Shown here in pieces: positions 17,183 to 26,469 of a DNA stretch of 57,147 nucleotides; position 1 is the first letter of the stretch; the number at the start of each line of letters is the position of its first letter. The DNA is taken from contig JAVHPG010000233.1 of the NCBI GenBank assembly GCA_036170455.1, positions 1 to 57,147 on the forward strand. Reading direction: 5' to 3'. A model generated the notes under the pieces. It ran no database searches and had not been told where the DNA came from. It saw nothing but the letters and a program-made list of their open reading frames with translations. Source of the stretch: Elusimicrobiales bacterium. GTDB taxonomy: Bacteria; Elusimicrobiota; Elusimicrobia; Elusimicrobiales; UBA9959. Both the position numbers and the translations under genes were made by a program.

Positions 17183-19003
17183 CTAGAGCGCGGCCGAGCG
17201 CTGGAAGCGGCGGGCGATGTCGGAACCGGAAAGGTGGAACAAGGTCGGGCGGCCGTGCGGGCAGTGATAGCCGTCAGTGGCTTTTTTCAGGTCTTCCATC
17301 AGCCGCATGGCCTCCTGCGGCTTAACGAAATCATGCGCTTTAATCGATTTCTTGCAGGCCATGGTAGCTATTATACTGCGCTTCATGTCCTCTGCGGCCT
17401 TTTCGGGCTCGCCCAGGACCTCGGACAGGTAGCCAAGGAACCCGGAAAAGGCGGGTTGGGTGAAATAGAACAGGGCCGGCGCAGCGCGCAGCAGCGCCAC
17501 GGCCGGGCCGCGCTGGTCGATCTCGAAACCGGCTGTCTTGAGCCACTCCCGCCATTTAAGGACGGTTTCCATCTGCGAGCGGGAAAGCTCGGTTTCGAGC
17601 GGGACCAGCAGGGGCTGGACCCTTATCGCGCCCTTAGAAAATTCTTCCAGGTATTTCTCGAAAAGAACGCGCTCCTGCGCCGCGTGCTGGTCCACCACCA
17701 GCAGTCCCGCTTCGCATTCGAAAAGCAAATAGCTTTTGGCCAGCTGGCCGAGGTATTTCAGCTCATGGCCGCGCCAGTCTGCGGGGGCGGCCGGCTGCGG
17801 CGCGGCAGCCGCAGGCTGGTCGAAAAGCCCGCCGGTTTCGTGCCCGGATAAAGGCGGGAGGGAAGAATTATATTTCCCGGCCCCGTCCTGAACGGAACCG
17901 GCGGCGGTTTGCGGAGGAACCGCGGCTTCGCGGTAGGCGGGGACGTCCGGGGCGCCGAACTTCACCTCTCCGGCGGGCGCCGTCATGTTCACGGCGGCGG
18001 TCTGCTTCGAAAGCAGCTCCTCGTAAATTGTGTTGGAAAGAGTCTTGAAGATCTCGTTCTCGCCGGAGAACTTCACGTCGCGCTTCTGCGGGTGGATATT
18101 CGCGTCGAAAGAGCCGGGGTCCAGCTCCACGAAGATCGCGCAGGCGGGGTGGCGGCCGGCGAGCATATGGCCGTAGCCGCGGTAAAAAGCCTGGCGCAGC
18201 AGGGCCGAGGAAACGGGGCGGCGGTTCACAAAGAAATGCTGGTTGACGCGCGTGGCGCAAAGCGCGTCCGGGCGGGAAGCGAAGCCGTAAACGGCCATGC
18301 CGGTGGTTTTACCTTCGACGCGGGCCATCCCGCCGTAGGTGCTCTTCCCGAATATCGAGGAGGCGCGGCTTTTAAGATTCTCCCACAGCCCGCCGGGAAG
18401 CGTAGGAAGGGAAAGTATTTCCGCGCCGTCGATAACCAGCCGGAAAGAAACACCGAGGTTGGCCAGCGCGGCCTCCTCGACGGTCTTTATGAGCTGCGCG
18501 CGCTCCGAGGCGTCGCTCTTCATGAATTTGGCGCGGGCTGGCGTGTTAAAGAACAGGTCCGCCGCCTCTATGGTGGTGCCTTTCACCGGCGGGGCGGGCA
18601 GCTCCGCTATCACCCTGCCGCCCTCGCCCTCTATGGCGTAGCCCGATTCTGCCCCGGCCCGGAAGGAGGCTATCTTGAGGCGCGACACGGCGAAAACGGA
18701 GTAAAGGGCCTCGCCCCGGAAACCGAAAGTGGCGAGGGAATAGATATCCTCGAAAACGTTGAGCTTGCTGGTGGCGTGGCGGCCGAGGGAAAGGCGCAGG
18801 TCCTCGCGGTCCATGCCGCGCCCGTCGTCGTGCACGCGGATGAGGCCGCGGCCGGCTTTCCTGATCTCGATCTCGATCTTTGTCGCGCCGGCGTCCAGGG
18901 AATTCTCTATCAGCTCCTTGAGCACGGAGGCGGGGCGCTCTATAACCTCGCCCGCGGCGATCTTGGAGACGACTTCCTCAGGGAGAACTTTAATTTCCGG
19001 CAT
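17183..19003 (-). CDS. mutL: DNA mismatch repair protein MutL
   Basis: The N-terminal GHKL ATPase IAAGEVIERPASVLKELIENSLDAG and the C-terminal dimerisation domain. Confidence 0.95.
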   Translation of the reverse strand: MPEIKVLPEEVVSKIAAGEVIERPASVLKELIENSLDAGATKIEIEIRKAGRGLIRVHDDGRGMDREDLRLSLGRHATSKLNVFEDIYSLATFGFRGEALYSVFAVSRLKIASFRAGAESGYAIEGEGGRVIAELPAPPVKGTTIEAADLFFNTPARAKFMKSDASERAQLIKTVEEAALANLGVSFRLVIDGAEILSLPTLPGGLWENLKSRASSIFGKSTYGGMARVEGKTTGMAVYGFASRPDALCATRVNQHFFVNRRPVSSALLRQAFYRGYGHMLAGRHPACAIFVELDPGSFDANIHPQKRDVKFSGENEIFKTLSNTIYEELLSKQTAAVNMTAPAGEVKFGAPDVPAYREAAVPPQTAAGSVQDGAGKYNSSLPPLSGHETGGLFDQPAAAAPQPAAPADWRGHELKYLGQLAKSYLLFECEAGLLVVDQHAAQERVLFEKYLEEFSKGAIRVQPLLVPLETELSRSQMETVLKWREWLKTAGFEIDQRGPAVALLRAAPALFYFTQPAFSGFLGYLSEVLGEPEKAAEDMKRSIIATMACKKSIKAHDFVKPQEAMRLMEDLKKATDGYHCPHGRPTLFHLSGSDIARRFQRSAAL

Positions 19004-19059
19004 GAAAATATTTTAGCAATTTGAAGAAGGGCGGCTTATATTAAAGTCCGGAAATTATT

Positions 19060-19083
19060 AGTCCCGGGCTTTCACCCGGGACT
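19060..19083 (-). terminator. hairpin downstream of the repeat-protein gene
   Basis: 9-bp stem AGTCCCGGG/CCCGGGACT with a 6-nt loop. The flanks are A/T-rich but there is no clean U tract. Confidence 0.45.
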
Positions 19084-19103
19084 AAAAGGCTTCAGGGCCG
19101 CGC

Positions 19104-20270
19104 TCAACGGTACTGAGGGCCGGGGCCGGGCTGGCCGGCTTTCGCCACGTAATCTATTACGTAGGTGAAGCTGCCCAGCGAACCGGTGACCGCGGAGCCT
19201 ACTACGCGCAGGCCGGCGGTATTGAAGGCCGCGGTTTTTTCGGCCAGCGCTTTTTTTGCTTCGGTGTCGAAGGTAAAGGTCTCGGCGGCCTGGTAAGTCT
19301 CTATGGCGGCGGAGGGTATGACCCCGCCCTGCTGGTAGATGTTCTCTACGAGGAAATCGACGCTGTAAGAGTAATCGTTACCTTCCGGCCTTACCACGGA
19401 GGAGAGCGGGGGGACGCCGGCCGCGGTAAAGCCGGGCAGGCGCGCTTTGGAAGCTTTCAGAGCGTCTTTATCGAAGGGAAAAACTTCGCGCGCGTCGTAG
19501 CGGGAAACTGAATACTGGGGCCTGGCGCCGAACCTGTTGGTCTTAACTGCATATTCGACCATGACCGCGTAATCGCCGTCCGCGCGCGCGACGGCTTTGC
19601 CGCGTATGGCCGGGACGCCGGCCTGCTTGAACAGGGCCAGGTAGGAGGGCACGGCCTTGGCGGCTTCGCTTTCGAAAGTGAACTTCCCGCCGGTGTAATT
19701 CATGAATTTAACGTCGTATTCCTGCGTGGGGCGCAGGACGTTCTTTACCAGGTAATCCACGGCGAAAGCGCTGTCATTGCCCACATCGTAAAGGTAGGAG
19801 CCGGCCACGGCCAGCCTGGCCGCGCGGAAATTGGCCGAGCAGGCGTTCATGGTCGCCGCGGCTTCGCTGTCGAGCCAATAGACGGCGCCGTTCTTGTAGG
19901 TTTCCACGAGCACGGCGGGAGGGAGGATCGCGCCGTTCTTCACGGTGGGGATGTAGTCGATAATGTAAGAGTAATCATTGCCCAACGGTACCACGCGGCC
20001 GCCCAGGGTGGTAATGCCGGCGGCTTTAAGGGCGTTTATGCGGGCGTCCATGGCCGGTTTCGCCTGGCTTTCGAAAGTTACGGTCTCGTCGGTAGTATAG
20101 GCGGCTATGGTAACGCCGGGAGGGGTGACTGGCGCCGGCCCGTAGGGCAGCGGCGGTTTTGAAACGCTGATGTCGGGGAGGGCCGCGGAGTTAAGGCTGA
20201 AGGATTGCGAAAAAGACTGGACGTTGAAGATCAAAAGTGAAAAACCGGCGAGAATGATTTTATTAAGCAT
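19104..20270 (-). CDS. secreted protein built of five ~67-aa tandem repeats
   Basis: Signal peptide. Anchors TFES/WLDSE/TFESE/PFDKD/TFDTE and IIDY/AVDY/MVEY/SVDF/VIDY recur every 66-68 residues. GGGAGG SD. Confidence 0.75.
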   Translation of the reverse strand: MLNKIILAGFSLLIFNVQSFSQSFSLNSAALPDISVSKPPLPYGPAPVTPPGVTIAAYTTDETVTFESQAKPAMDARINALKAAGITTLGGRVVPLGNDYSYIIDYIPTVKNGAILPPAVLVETYKNGAVYWLDSEAAATMNACSANFRAARLAVAGSYLYDVGNDSAFAVDYLVKNVLRPTQEYDVKFMNYTGGKFTFESEAAKAVPSYLALFKQAGVPAIRGKAVARADGDYAVMVEYAVKTNRFGARPQYSVSRYDAREVFPFDKDALKASKARLPGFTAAGVPPLSSVVRPEGNDYSYSVDFLVENIYQQGGVIPSAAIETYQAAETFTFDTEAKKALAEKTAAFNTAGLRVVGSAVTGSLGSFTYVIDYVAKAGQPGPGPQYR

Positions 20271-20523
20271 TGAGCCTCCCTGTACCCCTTAATTATAATA
20301 GTTATGCGGCAGGACAGTATGGGTCCAAAGGCCATGTTTTTAGTGGGTACTATGGATAAAGAAAATAACCGCCTTGATTACTTCTATAATATGCCGCGCC
20401 GCTTTAATTAAGTTCCGGGGCCCTGCCGGCTTCCGGCAGAACAGGCCTATTGGAATAGAACGGGGACGGGGCCGTAAAATGTTAAAATAGGGACCGGCTG
20501 AAAACTCCGCTGAAAACACAAAG

Positions 20524-21921
20524 ATGAACCTGCTACTGATCGTACCCCCGTCGCCCGGCCATAAAAATATAATCCGGATGATCGACTGCAGCCACGAGGC
20601 TAAAGCGAATTATCTCTGGCACCCCAATGACCTTCTCATAATTTCCTCTCTTTGCGCGCCTGAGGACAAGATCGAGTTCCTGGACGCTACCGAGTCCTCC
20701 CTTACGTCCAAAGACGCCCTGCATAAACTGGCCGGCCAGAACCCGGACCTGATAATAACCACGCTTTCAAGCGTTTGCTGGGGGCCCGATTACGCTTTCT
20801 TCGAGCAAGTGAAAAAGCTTTTCCCCGGCAAGCCGCTGTTCGTGCTCGCTGATATTTTCCTCGAGCAGGAATACAGGGAGTTCATGCTCCCGCAGTGCAG
20901 CGGGATCATAGCCTCTCCCTATCTCCTGGACCTCAGGCAGATGGCGGGCCGCGGCGCCGCGGCCGCCCGGCCCCCCCCCGCCGGGCCCCTGCCCGGGGTA
21001 ATCACCAGCGTCTCCGATAACCCGTATCCTTCGAAAAGACATCTTTCAGGAAGGACTTTCATCCCGCGGCACGAGCTTTTCATCGATAAAAGCTACTGCT
21101 TCCCGCTTTCGCACCATTTTAATTTCGCCACGATCACTACGATGTGGGGCTGCCCCTTCACCTGCTCCTACTGCAGCGACTCCAAAACCCAGCCTTTCGT
21201 GCGGGAGACCGAAGACGTGGTCAAGGAACTGGAGTACCTCGAGAGCCTTGGCGTCAAGGAGCTGTTCTTCGCGGACAAGACTTTCGGCTTCCCGCCCGAG
21301 AACGCCCGGAAGCTGGCGGAGATCATGGCGGAGCGCTTCCATTTTTCCTGGTGCTGCTATTTCCATCCGCAGCTTTATAATGAAAAGCTCCTCGAGACGA
21401 TGAAAGCGGCCGGCTGCCATACCCTTATCGTAGGTATCGATTCCGCGAACCTGGAGCAGCTTCACCAGTTCCACCGCAATGTGCAGAAGGAGAAACTTGA
21501 GGGCCTTCTCTTTAAAGCCGACCAGCTCGGGATAAGCGTCTGCGCGGATTTCATTATCGGCCTGCCGCATGAAACGGAAAGTGACGTCCGGAAGACCTTC
21601 GATTACGCGCTCTCCAGGCCCCTCGATTTCGCGTCTTTCAATATCGTGGCGCCTTTGCCGGGCTCCGACGTCCGGCAGCGCGCCAAAGAGAATGGCCTGC
21701 TTTCTTTCGGGAAAGAGGGCTACGACACTTTCGGGCACGGCGGGATCCTGAGCGGCGCGAAGATCTCGAGCGTAAAGCTCCGCCAGTTAAGGCGCAGCAC
21801 CACCATCCAGTTCTATCTCAGGCCCGCCTATATCCTGCGGAGGCTCCGTCGGACCGCCTCGCTGGAGCATCTCGTCCTCCAGCTGCGGCAGATGGTCGTG
21901 CTTTTTAAAAAAATTTATTAG
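20524..21921 (+). CDS. B12-binding domain radical SAM protein (class B)
   Basis: N-terminal cobalamin-binding-like domain and a CPFTCSYC radical SAM cluster motif. Confidence 0.88.
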   Translation: MNLLLIVPPSPGHKNIIRMIDCSHEAKANYLWHPNDLLIISSLCAPEDKIEFLDATESSLTSKDALHKLAGQNPDLIITTLSSVCWGPDYAFFEQVKKLFPGKPLFVLADIFLEQEYREFMLPQCSGIIASPYLLDLRQMAGRGAAAARPPPAGPLPGVITSVSDNPYPSKRHLSGRTFIPRHELFIDKSYCFPLSHHFNFATITTMWGCPFTCSYCSDSKTQPFVRETEDVVKELEYLESLGVKELFFADKTFGFPPENARKLAEIMAERFHFSWCCYFHPQLYNEKLLETMKAAGCHTLIVGIDSANLEQLHQFHRNVQKEKLEGLLFKADQLGISVCADFIIGLPHETESDVRKTFDYALSRPLDFASFNIVAPLPGSDVRQRAKENGLLSFGKEGYDTFGHGGILSGAKISSVKLRQLRRSTTIQFYLRPAYILRRLRRTASLEHLVLQLRQMVVLFKKIY

Positions 21922-21961
21922 GGCGCGGTAAGCCGCTTTGTAACGCTTAACTGGGGAAAAG

Positions 21962-22000
21962 AAACAACCAGGGCCTGGAAAAGCCCTGGTTGTTTTAGTT
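21962..22000. terminator. bidirectional rho-independent terminator
   Basis: 13-bp stem AAACAACCAGGGC/GCCCTGGTTGTTT with T-rich flanks in both orientations. Lies between convergent genes. Confidence 0.8.
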
Positions 22001-22018
22001 TGCCTGCGGCGCGGGTCC

Positions 22019-24592
22019 CTACTTCAGCCTATTCTTCCAATCGCTTATTGCGGCGAGGGCCTGCATGGGAGTGAGGTTGTCGGTATCGCACATTTTCACT
22101 TCGTCCATAACCGGGTGGCTGGAGAAGATGGGGAGGAGCGGTGTCTGCTCCTTGAAATTAGAGGCCACCTGGATATTCCCCTTTGTCTCCAGTATTTGAA
22201 GGATCTCCCGGGCGCGCTGTATGGCGCTCTCCGGCAGGCCGGCCAGCTGCGCCACGTGGATGCCGTAGGATTTGTCGGCCGGGCCCTGGCCTATCCTGTG
22301 CAGGAAAACCACTTCGGTCTTGCCCAGGGCGTTGGTCCATTCTTTCACGGCGATATTGCAGTTCTTTATCCCGTCGAATTTCTCGGCCAGCTCGGTCAGC
22401 TCGAAATAGTGCGTGGCGAAAAGGACTTTCGGGCCGCCCTCCGGCTTATAGAGATGCTCCACTACGGCCCAGGCGATCGAGATGCCGTCGAAAGTGGAAG
22501 TACCGCGCCCGACCTCGTCGAGGAGGATCAGGCTCTTCGGGGTGGCCAGCCGCATGATCGCGGAGGTCTCCCGCATTTCTACCATGAAAGTGGACTCGCC
22601 GCGGGCCATCCGGTCCTGGGCGCCTATGCGCGTCATGATGCGGTCGATTATCCCTATCTCCGCGGCCCTCGCCGGGACGAAGGAGCCCAGCTGCGCCATG
22701 ATTACGGCCACGGCCGCCTGGCGGAGATAGACGCTCTTGCCGCTCATATTGGGGCCGGTGAGGATTATGATCCTCGCGGAGGAACTGCCCAGCTCGAGGT
22801 CGTTCGGGACGAAAGTCCCGGCCGGCAAAAACCGTTCAACTGCGGGATGGCGGCCTTCCTCGACCCGGAGGAGGTCGCCTGAATTAACGCGGGGCCTGGA
22901 GAATTCATAGCGCACCGCGCTTTCGGCCAGGGCGTAGAAAACGTCCAGCTCGGCGGCGCCCGAGGCGAAGGTCTTTATCTCGCCTATCGCGGCGCGCACT
23001 TTCTCGCGCAGCCCGGCGAAGAGGTGGGCTTCCAGCTTCGACATCTTTTCTTCGGCGCCCAGGATCCTGTTCTCGAGGACCTTGAGCTCCTCGGTGATAT
23101 AGCGCTCGGCGTTGACCAGGGTCTGCTTGCGGACGAAATAGTGCGGGACCTTGGGGGTCTGCGCCTTGGACACCTCGATAAAATAGCCGAAGATCCCGTT
23201 ATAGCCGACCTTCAGCGTGGAGATCCCGGTCTTTTCTTTTTCGCGCAGTTCAATGTCCGTCAGCAGCTGCTGGCTGTCGCGGCGGACGGAGCGCAGCTCG
23301 TCCAGCTCCGCGCTGGCGCCCTCCCGGATGACCCCGCCGTCCGAAAGCCGCGCGGGAGGGGTTGCGGCCAGGTCTTTTTCGAGCACGGCGCGCAGGCCGT
23401 TCAGGGCGTGGGAAGCGCCGTCGAGGCGCGAAGCCAGCTCGGGAGCGCATTCGAAGAAACCGGCGGAGCTCAAAAGCAGCTTAAGCCGCGGCAGCTGGGA
23501 CAGGGCTTTGCGCACGGCGGCGAGGTCGCGCGGGGAGGCGCTCAGGTTTATCACCCGGCCAAGGAGGCGTTCTATATCGGGCACCTGGGAAAGGATATCG
23601 CCCAGCTGCTCGCGCGCTTCCCGGTTCTCGGCGAGGAAAGCCGTGAAAGCCTGCCTGGAAAGGATCTCCCGCAAGTCCGTGAGCGGCTCCAGGATCCAGC
23701 GGCGCAGGAGGCGCGAGCCCATCGCGGTCTTGGCCAGGTCGAGCACGCCCCAGAGGGTCTTTGAATCGTCCCCGTCAGGAGAGGAAACGAGCTCCAGGGT
23801 CTTTATGGCCGACTCGTCGAGCTGCAGCCGGTTCAGCGGCTCGTAATAAGAGGGGGAGAAAACTTCTTTGAGCCCGGGCTGGGTCTGGCGGACGTAAGCG
23901 GTGGCCTCCAGCGCGGTTTTCATGGCCAGCTTGTGGTTCTGCCACACGGCCTGCGAGGCCCAGGCCGGCAGGGCCGCTTCATGCATAGAATATTCGGTTA
24001 TCGGCACCGGCCCGAAGTCCAGGCCTCGCTTTTTTATCTCTTTCACCGTCCTGGCGTTGGCCAGGATCTCGGCGGGGCCCGTCTTGGAAATAAAAGAGAG
24101 AAGCTGGTAGAGGTCGGGGTCGTTGAGGTTCTGCGTGGCGAGGAAGTCGCCGGTGGAAGCGTCGAAAGAGGCCAGGCCCCAGCCCACTATATCCAGGTCC
24201 AGGGCGACCAGGTACCTTGAGGCCCTTGGGGTAAGCAGCTCGTCCTCGACCACGGTGCCGGGGGTGATAAGCCGCACCACTTCGCGCTTGAACAGCTTGG
24301 CTTTCTTCGCGTCGCCGGAGGGCGCCACCTGCTCGCAGATGGCTACTTTGTGCCCGGCGGCGAGTAGGCGGCAGATATAGTTGGAGGCTGCATGATGGGG
24401 GACCCCGCACATGGGCACGCCCTGCCTGGCCGTGAGGGTAAGGCCGATCACCGCGCTCGCGGTCTTCGCGTCGTCGTAAAACATCTCGTAAAAGTCGCCC
24501 AGGCGGAAAAAGAGCAGGGCGTGGGGATAGGAACTTTTCAGCGACTGGTACTGCTGCATCAGGGGCGTTTCGGGAGGTTCAACTTGAGTCAT
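22019..24592 (-). CDS. mutS: DNA mismatch repair protein MutS
   Basis: N-terminal TPLMQQY...FYEMF, Walker A GPNMSGKS and STFMVEM motifs. Confidence 0.95.
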   Translation of the reverse strand: MTQVEPPETPLMQQYQSLKSSYPHALLFFRLGDFYEMFYDDAKTASAVIGLTLTARQGVPMCGVPHHAASNYICRLLAAGHKVAICEQVAPSGDAKKAKLFKREVVRLITPGTVVEDELLTPRASRYLVALDLDIVGWGLASFDASTGDFLATQNLNDPDLYQLLSFISKTGPAEILANARTVKEIKKRGLDFGPVPITEYSMHEAALPAWASQAVWQNHKLAMKTALEATAYVRQTQPGLKEVFSPSYYEPLNRLQLDESAIKTLELVSSPDGDDSKTLWGVLDLAKTAMGSRLLRRWILEPLTDLREILSRQAFTAFLAENREAREQLGDILSQVPDIERLLGRVINLSASPRDLAAVRKALSQLPRLKLLLSSAGFFECAPELASRLDGASHALNGLRAVLEKDLAATPPARLSDGGVIREGASAELDELRSVRRDSQQLLTDIELREKEKTGISTLKVGYNGIFGYFIEVSKAQTPKVPHYFVRKQTLVNAERYITEELKVLENRILGAEEKMSKLEAHLFAGLREKVRAAIGEIKTFASGAAELDVFYALAESAVRYEFSRPRVNSGDLLRVEEGRHPAVERFLPAGTFVPNDLELGSSSARIIILTGPNMSGKSVYLRQAAVAVIMAQLGSFVPARAAEIGIIDRIMTRIGAQDRMARGESTFMVEMRETSAIMRLATPKSLILLDEVGRGTSTFDGISIAWAVVEHLYKPEGGPKVLFATHYFELTELAEKFDGIKNCNIAVKEWTNALGKTEVVFLHRIGQGPADKSYGIHVAQLAGLPESAIQRAREILQILETKGNIQVASNFKEQTPLLPIFSSHPVMDEVKMCDTDNLTPMQALAAISDWKNRLK

Positions 24593-24594
24593 AA

Positions 24595-24699
24595 AAAATC
24601 GAGGATCTGGAATCGGGAATCGGGAATCAAAACAGCGGAACCGGAGGATCAGTATCTGTTTATTCTTTAAAGATTCCCGATTCCCGATTCTTGATTACT
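24595..24699. repeat. inverted heptamer arrays (GGAATCG)n ... (GATTCCC)n
   Basis: Array 24595-24629 and the inverted array 24672-24699. The 20-nt arms 24609-24628 and 24672-24691 are complementary at 19/20. Confidence 0.8.
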
Positions 24700-25669
24700 T
24701 CGTATATTGTATCAAAAGGGCTTCGGCCTCTTTAAGGGTTTTAAGCTTCATGAAAGCTCCGCGGGCGCCTGAGGCGCCGGGGAGCCCTTTAAGCCAGTAG
24801 CCCACCAGCTTGCGGGCCCGGGCCAGGCCGTGCTCCTCGCCGTAAATGCCGGCGTTCAGCTCGAGAAAGCGGAGGAAAAGCTTCATGCGGGCGGCGGAAG
24901 AGACCTGGACCGCCGGGCCCCCGGAAAGGCCGGCGGCGATTTCCGCGAAAACGGCCGGGTTGAATACGGCGGCGCGGCCGAGCGCAGCCCCGGCGCAGCC
25001 GGTCCCGAGCATCGCGCGGGCGCCGGCGGCGCTCTCCACCCCGCCATTGCCGAAAACCGGGATCTTTACCGCGGCGGCGGTCTCCGCCATTGCTTCCAGG
25101 TTCACCGGCCCGGTGTGGAACTGCGAAGCGGGCCTGCCGTGCAGGGTAATGGCGGCGGCGCCGGCTTCCTCGCAGGCGCGGGCCAGCAGGGGGCCGAGGT
25201 TTTCCCCGGCGGTAAGGCCTATCCTGAATTTAACGGTGACCGGGACCTTCACGCTTTTTACCATGCGCGAAACGATGTCCGCCAGCAGCAGGGGCGACTT
25301 CATCAGGGCGGCGCCGGCCCCGGAGCGCAAGACTTTTTTCACCGGGCAGCCCGCGTTTATATCTACGATATCGGCCCCCGCGCGCTCGGCGGCCTGGGCG
25401 GCCAGCGCCATGGAGGAGGGGTCCGCGCCGAAGATCTGGATCGCGGCGGGATGTTCCCCGGGCAGCAGCTCGAGCATTTTGAAGGATTTTTTGTTCCCGT
25501 ATTTTATGCTTTCCGCGGAGACCATCTCTGTGACCACCAGCCCGGCGCCCCCTTCGGCGGCGAGTATCCTGAAAGCGGCGTTGGTTATGCCGGCCATCGG
25601 GGCCAGCGCAAGGTTGTTCTTAAGCGTTACGCCGCCTATCGAAAGGGGGCGCAGTAATTTATCGGTCAC
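24695..25669 (-). CDS. dusB: tRNA-dihydrouridine synthase
   Basis: LAPMAGITNAAFR and DINAGCPVKKV motifs. Confidence 0.88.
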   Translation of the reverse strand: MTDKLLRPLSIGGVTLKNNLALAPMAGITNAAFRILAAEGGAGLVVTEMVSAESIKYGNKKSFKMLELLPGEHPAAIQIFGADPSSMALAAQAAERAGADIVDINAGCPVKKVLRSGAGAALMKSPLLLADIVSRMVKSVKVPVTVKFRIGLTAGENLGPLLARACEEAGAAAITLHGRPASQFHTGPVNLEAMAETAAAVKIPVFGNGGVESAAGARAMLGTGCAGAALGRAAVFNPAVFAEIAAGLSGGPAVQVSSAARMKLFLRFLELNAGIYGEEHGLARARKLVGYWLKGLPGASGARGAFMKLKTLKEAEALLIQYTK

Positions 25670-26445
25670 GGATTTATGGCGTAATTGCCGTCATGCGCGT
25701 ACTGGAAGTCGCGCGGCGCGCGGCGGAAAACGGGGCGCGTTTCGCCCGCGGGGGCGCCGACTTTCTTAAGGACTTCAAGCTGGAAGGCCGAGGCTTTATC
25801 CTCGACGTAAAGTATGGCGTCCAGCCCTTTATAATCGAACCTCATGGGGTTGATGTCCATTACGCGCTCGTCTTTATCTCCGGGGAGGGGCGGAACGAGG
25901 CGGCTTTTCTTCTTCTTGGTCAGCGTATACCAGGCGTGCCAGCCCTGGTGGGCGAGGATCCCGGCGCACCAGGTAAGCGAGCGGAACGCGTGGGCTGTGG
26001 AGAGCGCCGCCACCGGGCTGCCGTTCTCCATGTAAAAGCCGGTCTGGGTCTCGTTCCGTATCACGTACAGGTTCTTTTTCAGGAAAAGGAAGGTTTCGCG
26101 GTCGGCCATCCAGATCAGCTTGAGCGCGTGCGTCACCTGGCTCTTGAATTCCGGCGAGCCCTGGATGTCGATGCCCGCCTTCGGGTCGTAGGCGTCCTGC
26201 GCGGTCACTACGGGCGCCCCGCTTCCGGGCGCGGCGGCTTCCGGCGCCGGGGCCGCCTTGGGCTTCGCCGCAGTAGCGGGCGGCTTCCCGAACAGCCCGC
26301 TCATTTGCGCCCCGGAAGACTCGGCCCCGCGGCTCTCCGTGCGGGCGTGGATAAAATACCAGACCCCGGCGCCCAGCAGCAGCAGCGGGAGAAAGGCTAT
26401 CACCTTGTGGGTGCGGAAGAAACTTTTATGTTCTGTTTCCGGCAT
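25666..26445 (-). CDS. membrane-anchored hypothetical protein
   Basis: Starts at the ATG at 26445 (MPETEHKSFF...), with one N-terminal TM helix, an Ala/Pro linker and a ~170-aa domain. The track ORF runs to 26985 in a frame overlapping the zinc-ribbon gene, which I regard as an artefact. Confidence 0.55.
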   Translation of the reverse strand: MPETEHKSFFRTHKVIAFLPLLLLGAGVWYFIHARTESRGAESSGAQMSGLFGKPPATAAKPKAAPAPEAAAPGSGAPVVTAQDAYDPKAGIDIQGSPEFKSQVTHALKLIWMADRETFLFLKKNLYVIRNETQTGFYMENGSPVAALSTAHAFRSLTWCAGILAHQGWHAWYTLTKKKKSRLVPPLPGDKDERVMDINPMRFDYKGLDAILYVEDKASAFQLEVLKKVGAPAGETRPVFRRAPRDFQYAHDGNYAINP

Positions 26446-26469
26446 CGGAATTTTTCGCTTTGCGGGTGG

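Noticed and set aside
16440-17186. 248-aa ORF opposite TerC
   Set aside because: It is antisense to a gene with unmistakable TerC motifs. The His/Arg/Asp-rich translation has no domain signature.
17909-19024. 371-aa ORF opposite mutL
   Set aside because: It is antisense to mutL and is a high-GC artefact.
20373-20384. 12-mer CTTGATTACTTC shared with 24690-24701
   Set aside because: Exact 12-mer coincidences are expected many times by chance in a 57-kb window. The flanks do not extend the similarity.
21046-21738. 230-aa ORF opposite the radical SAM gene
   Set aside because: It is antisense to a gene with a clear CxxxCxxC radical SAM core.
24830-25769. Two overlapping plus-strand ORFs (275 and 307 aa) opposite the Dus gene
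   Set aside because: Both are antisense to the tRNA-dihydrouridine synthase gene. Their Ala/Gly/Arg/Pro-rich sequences show no motifs.
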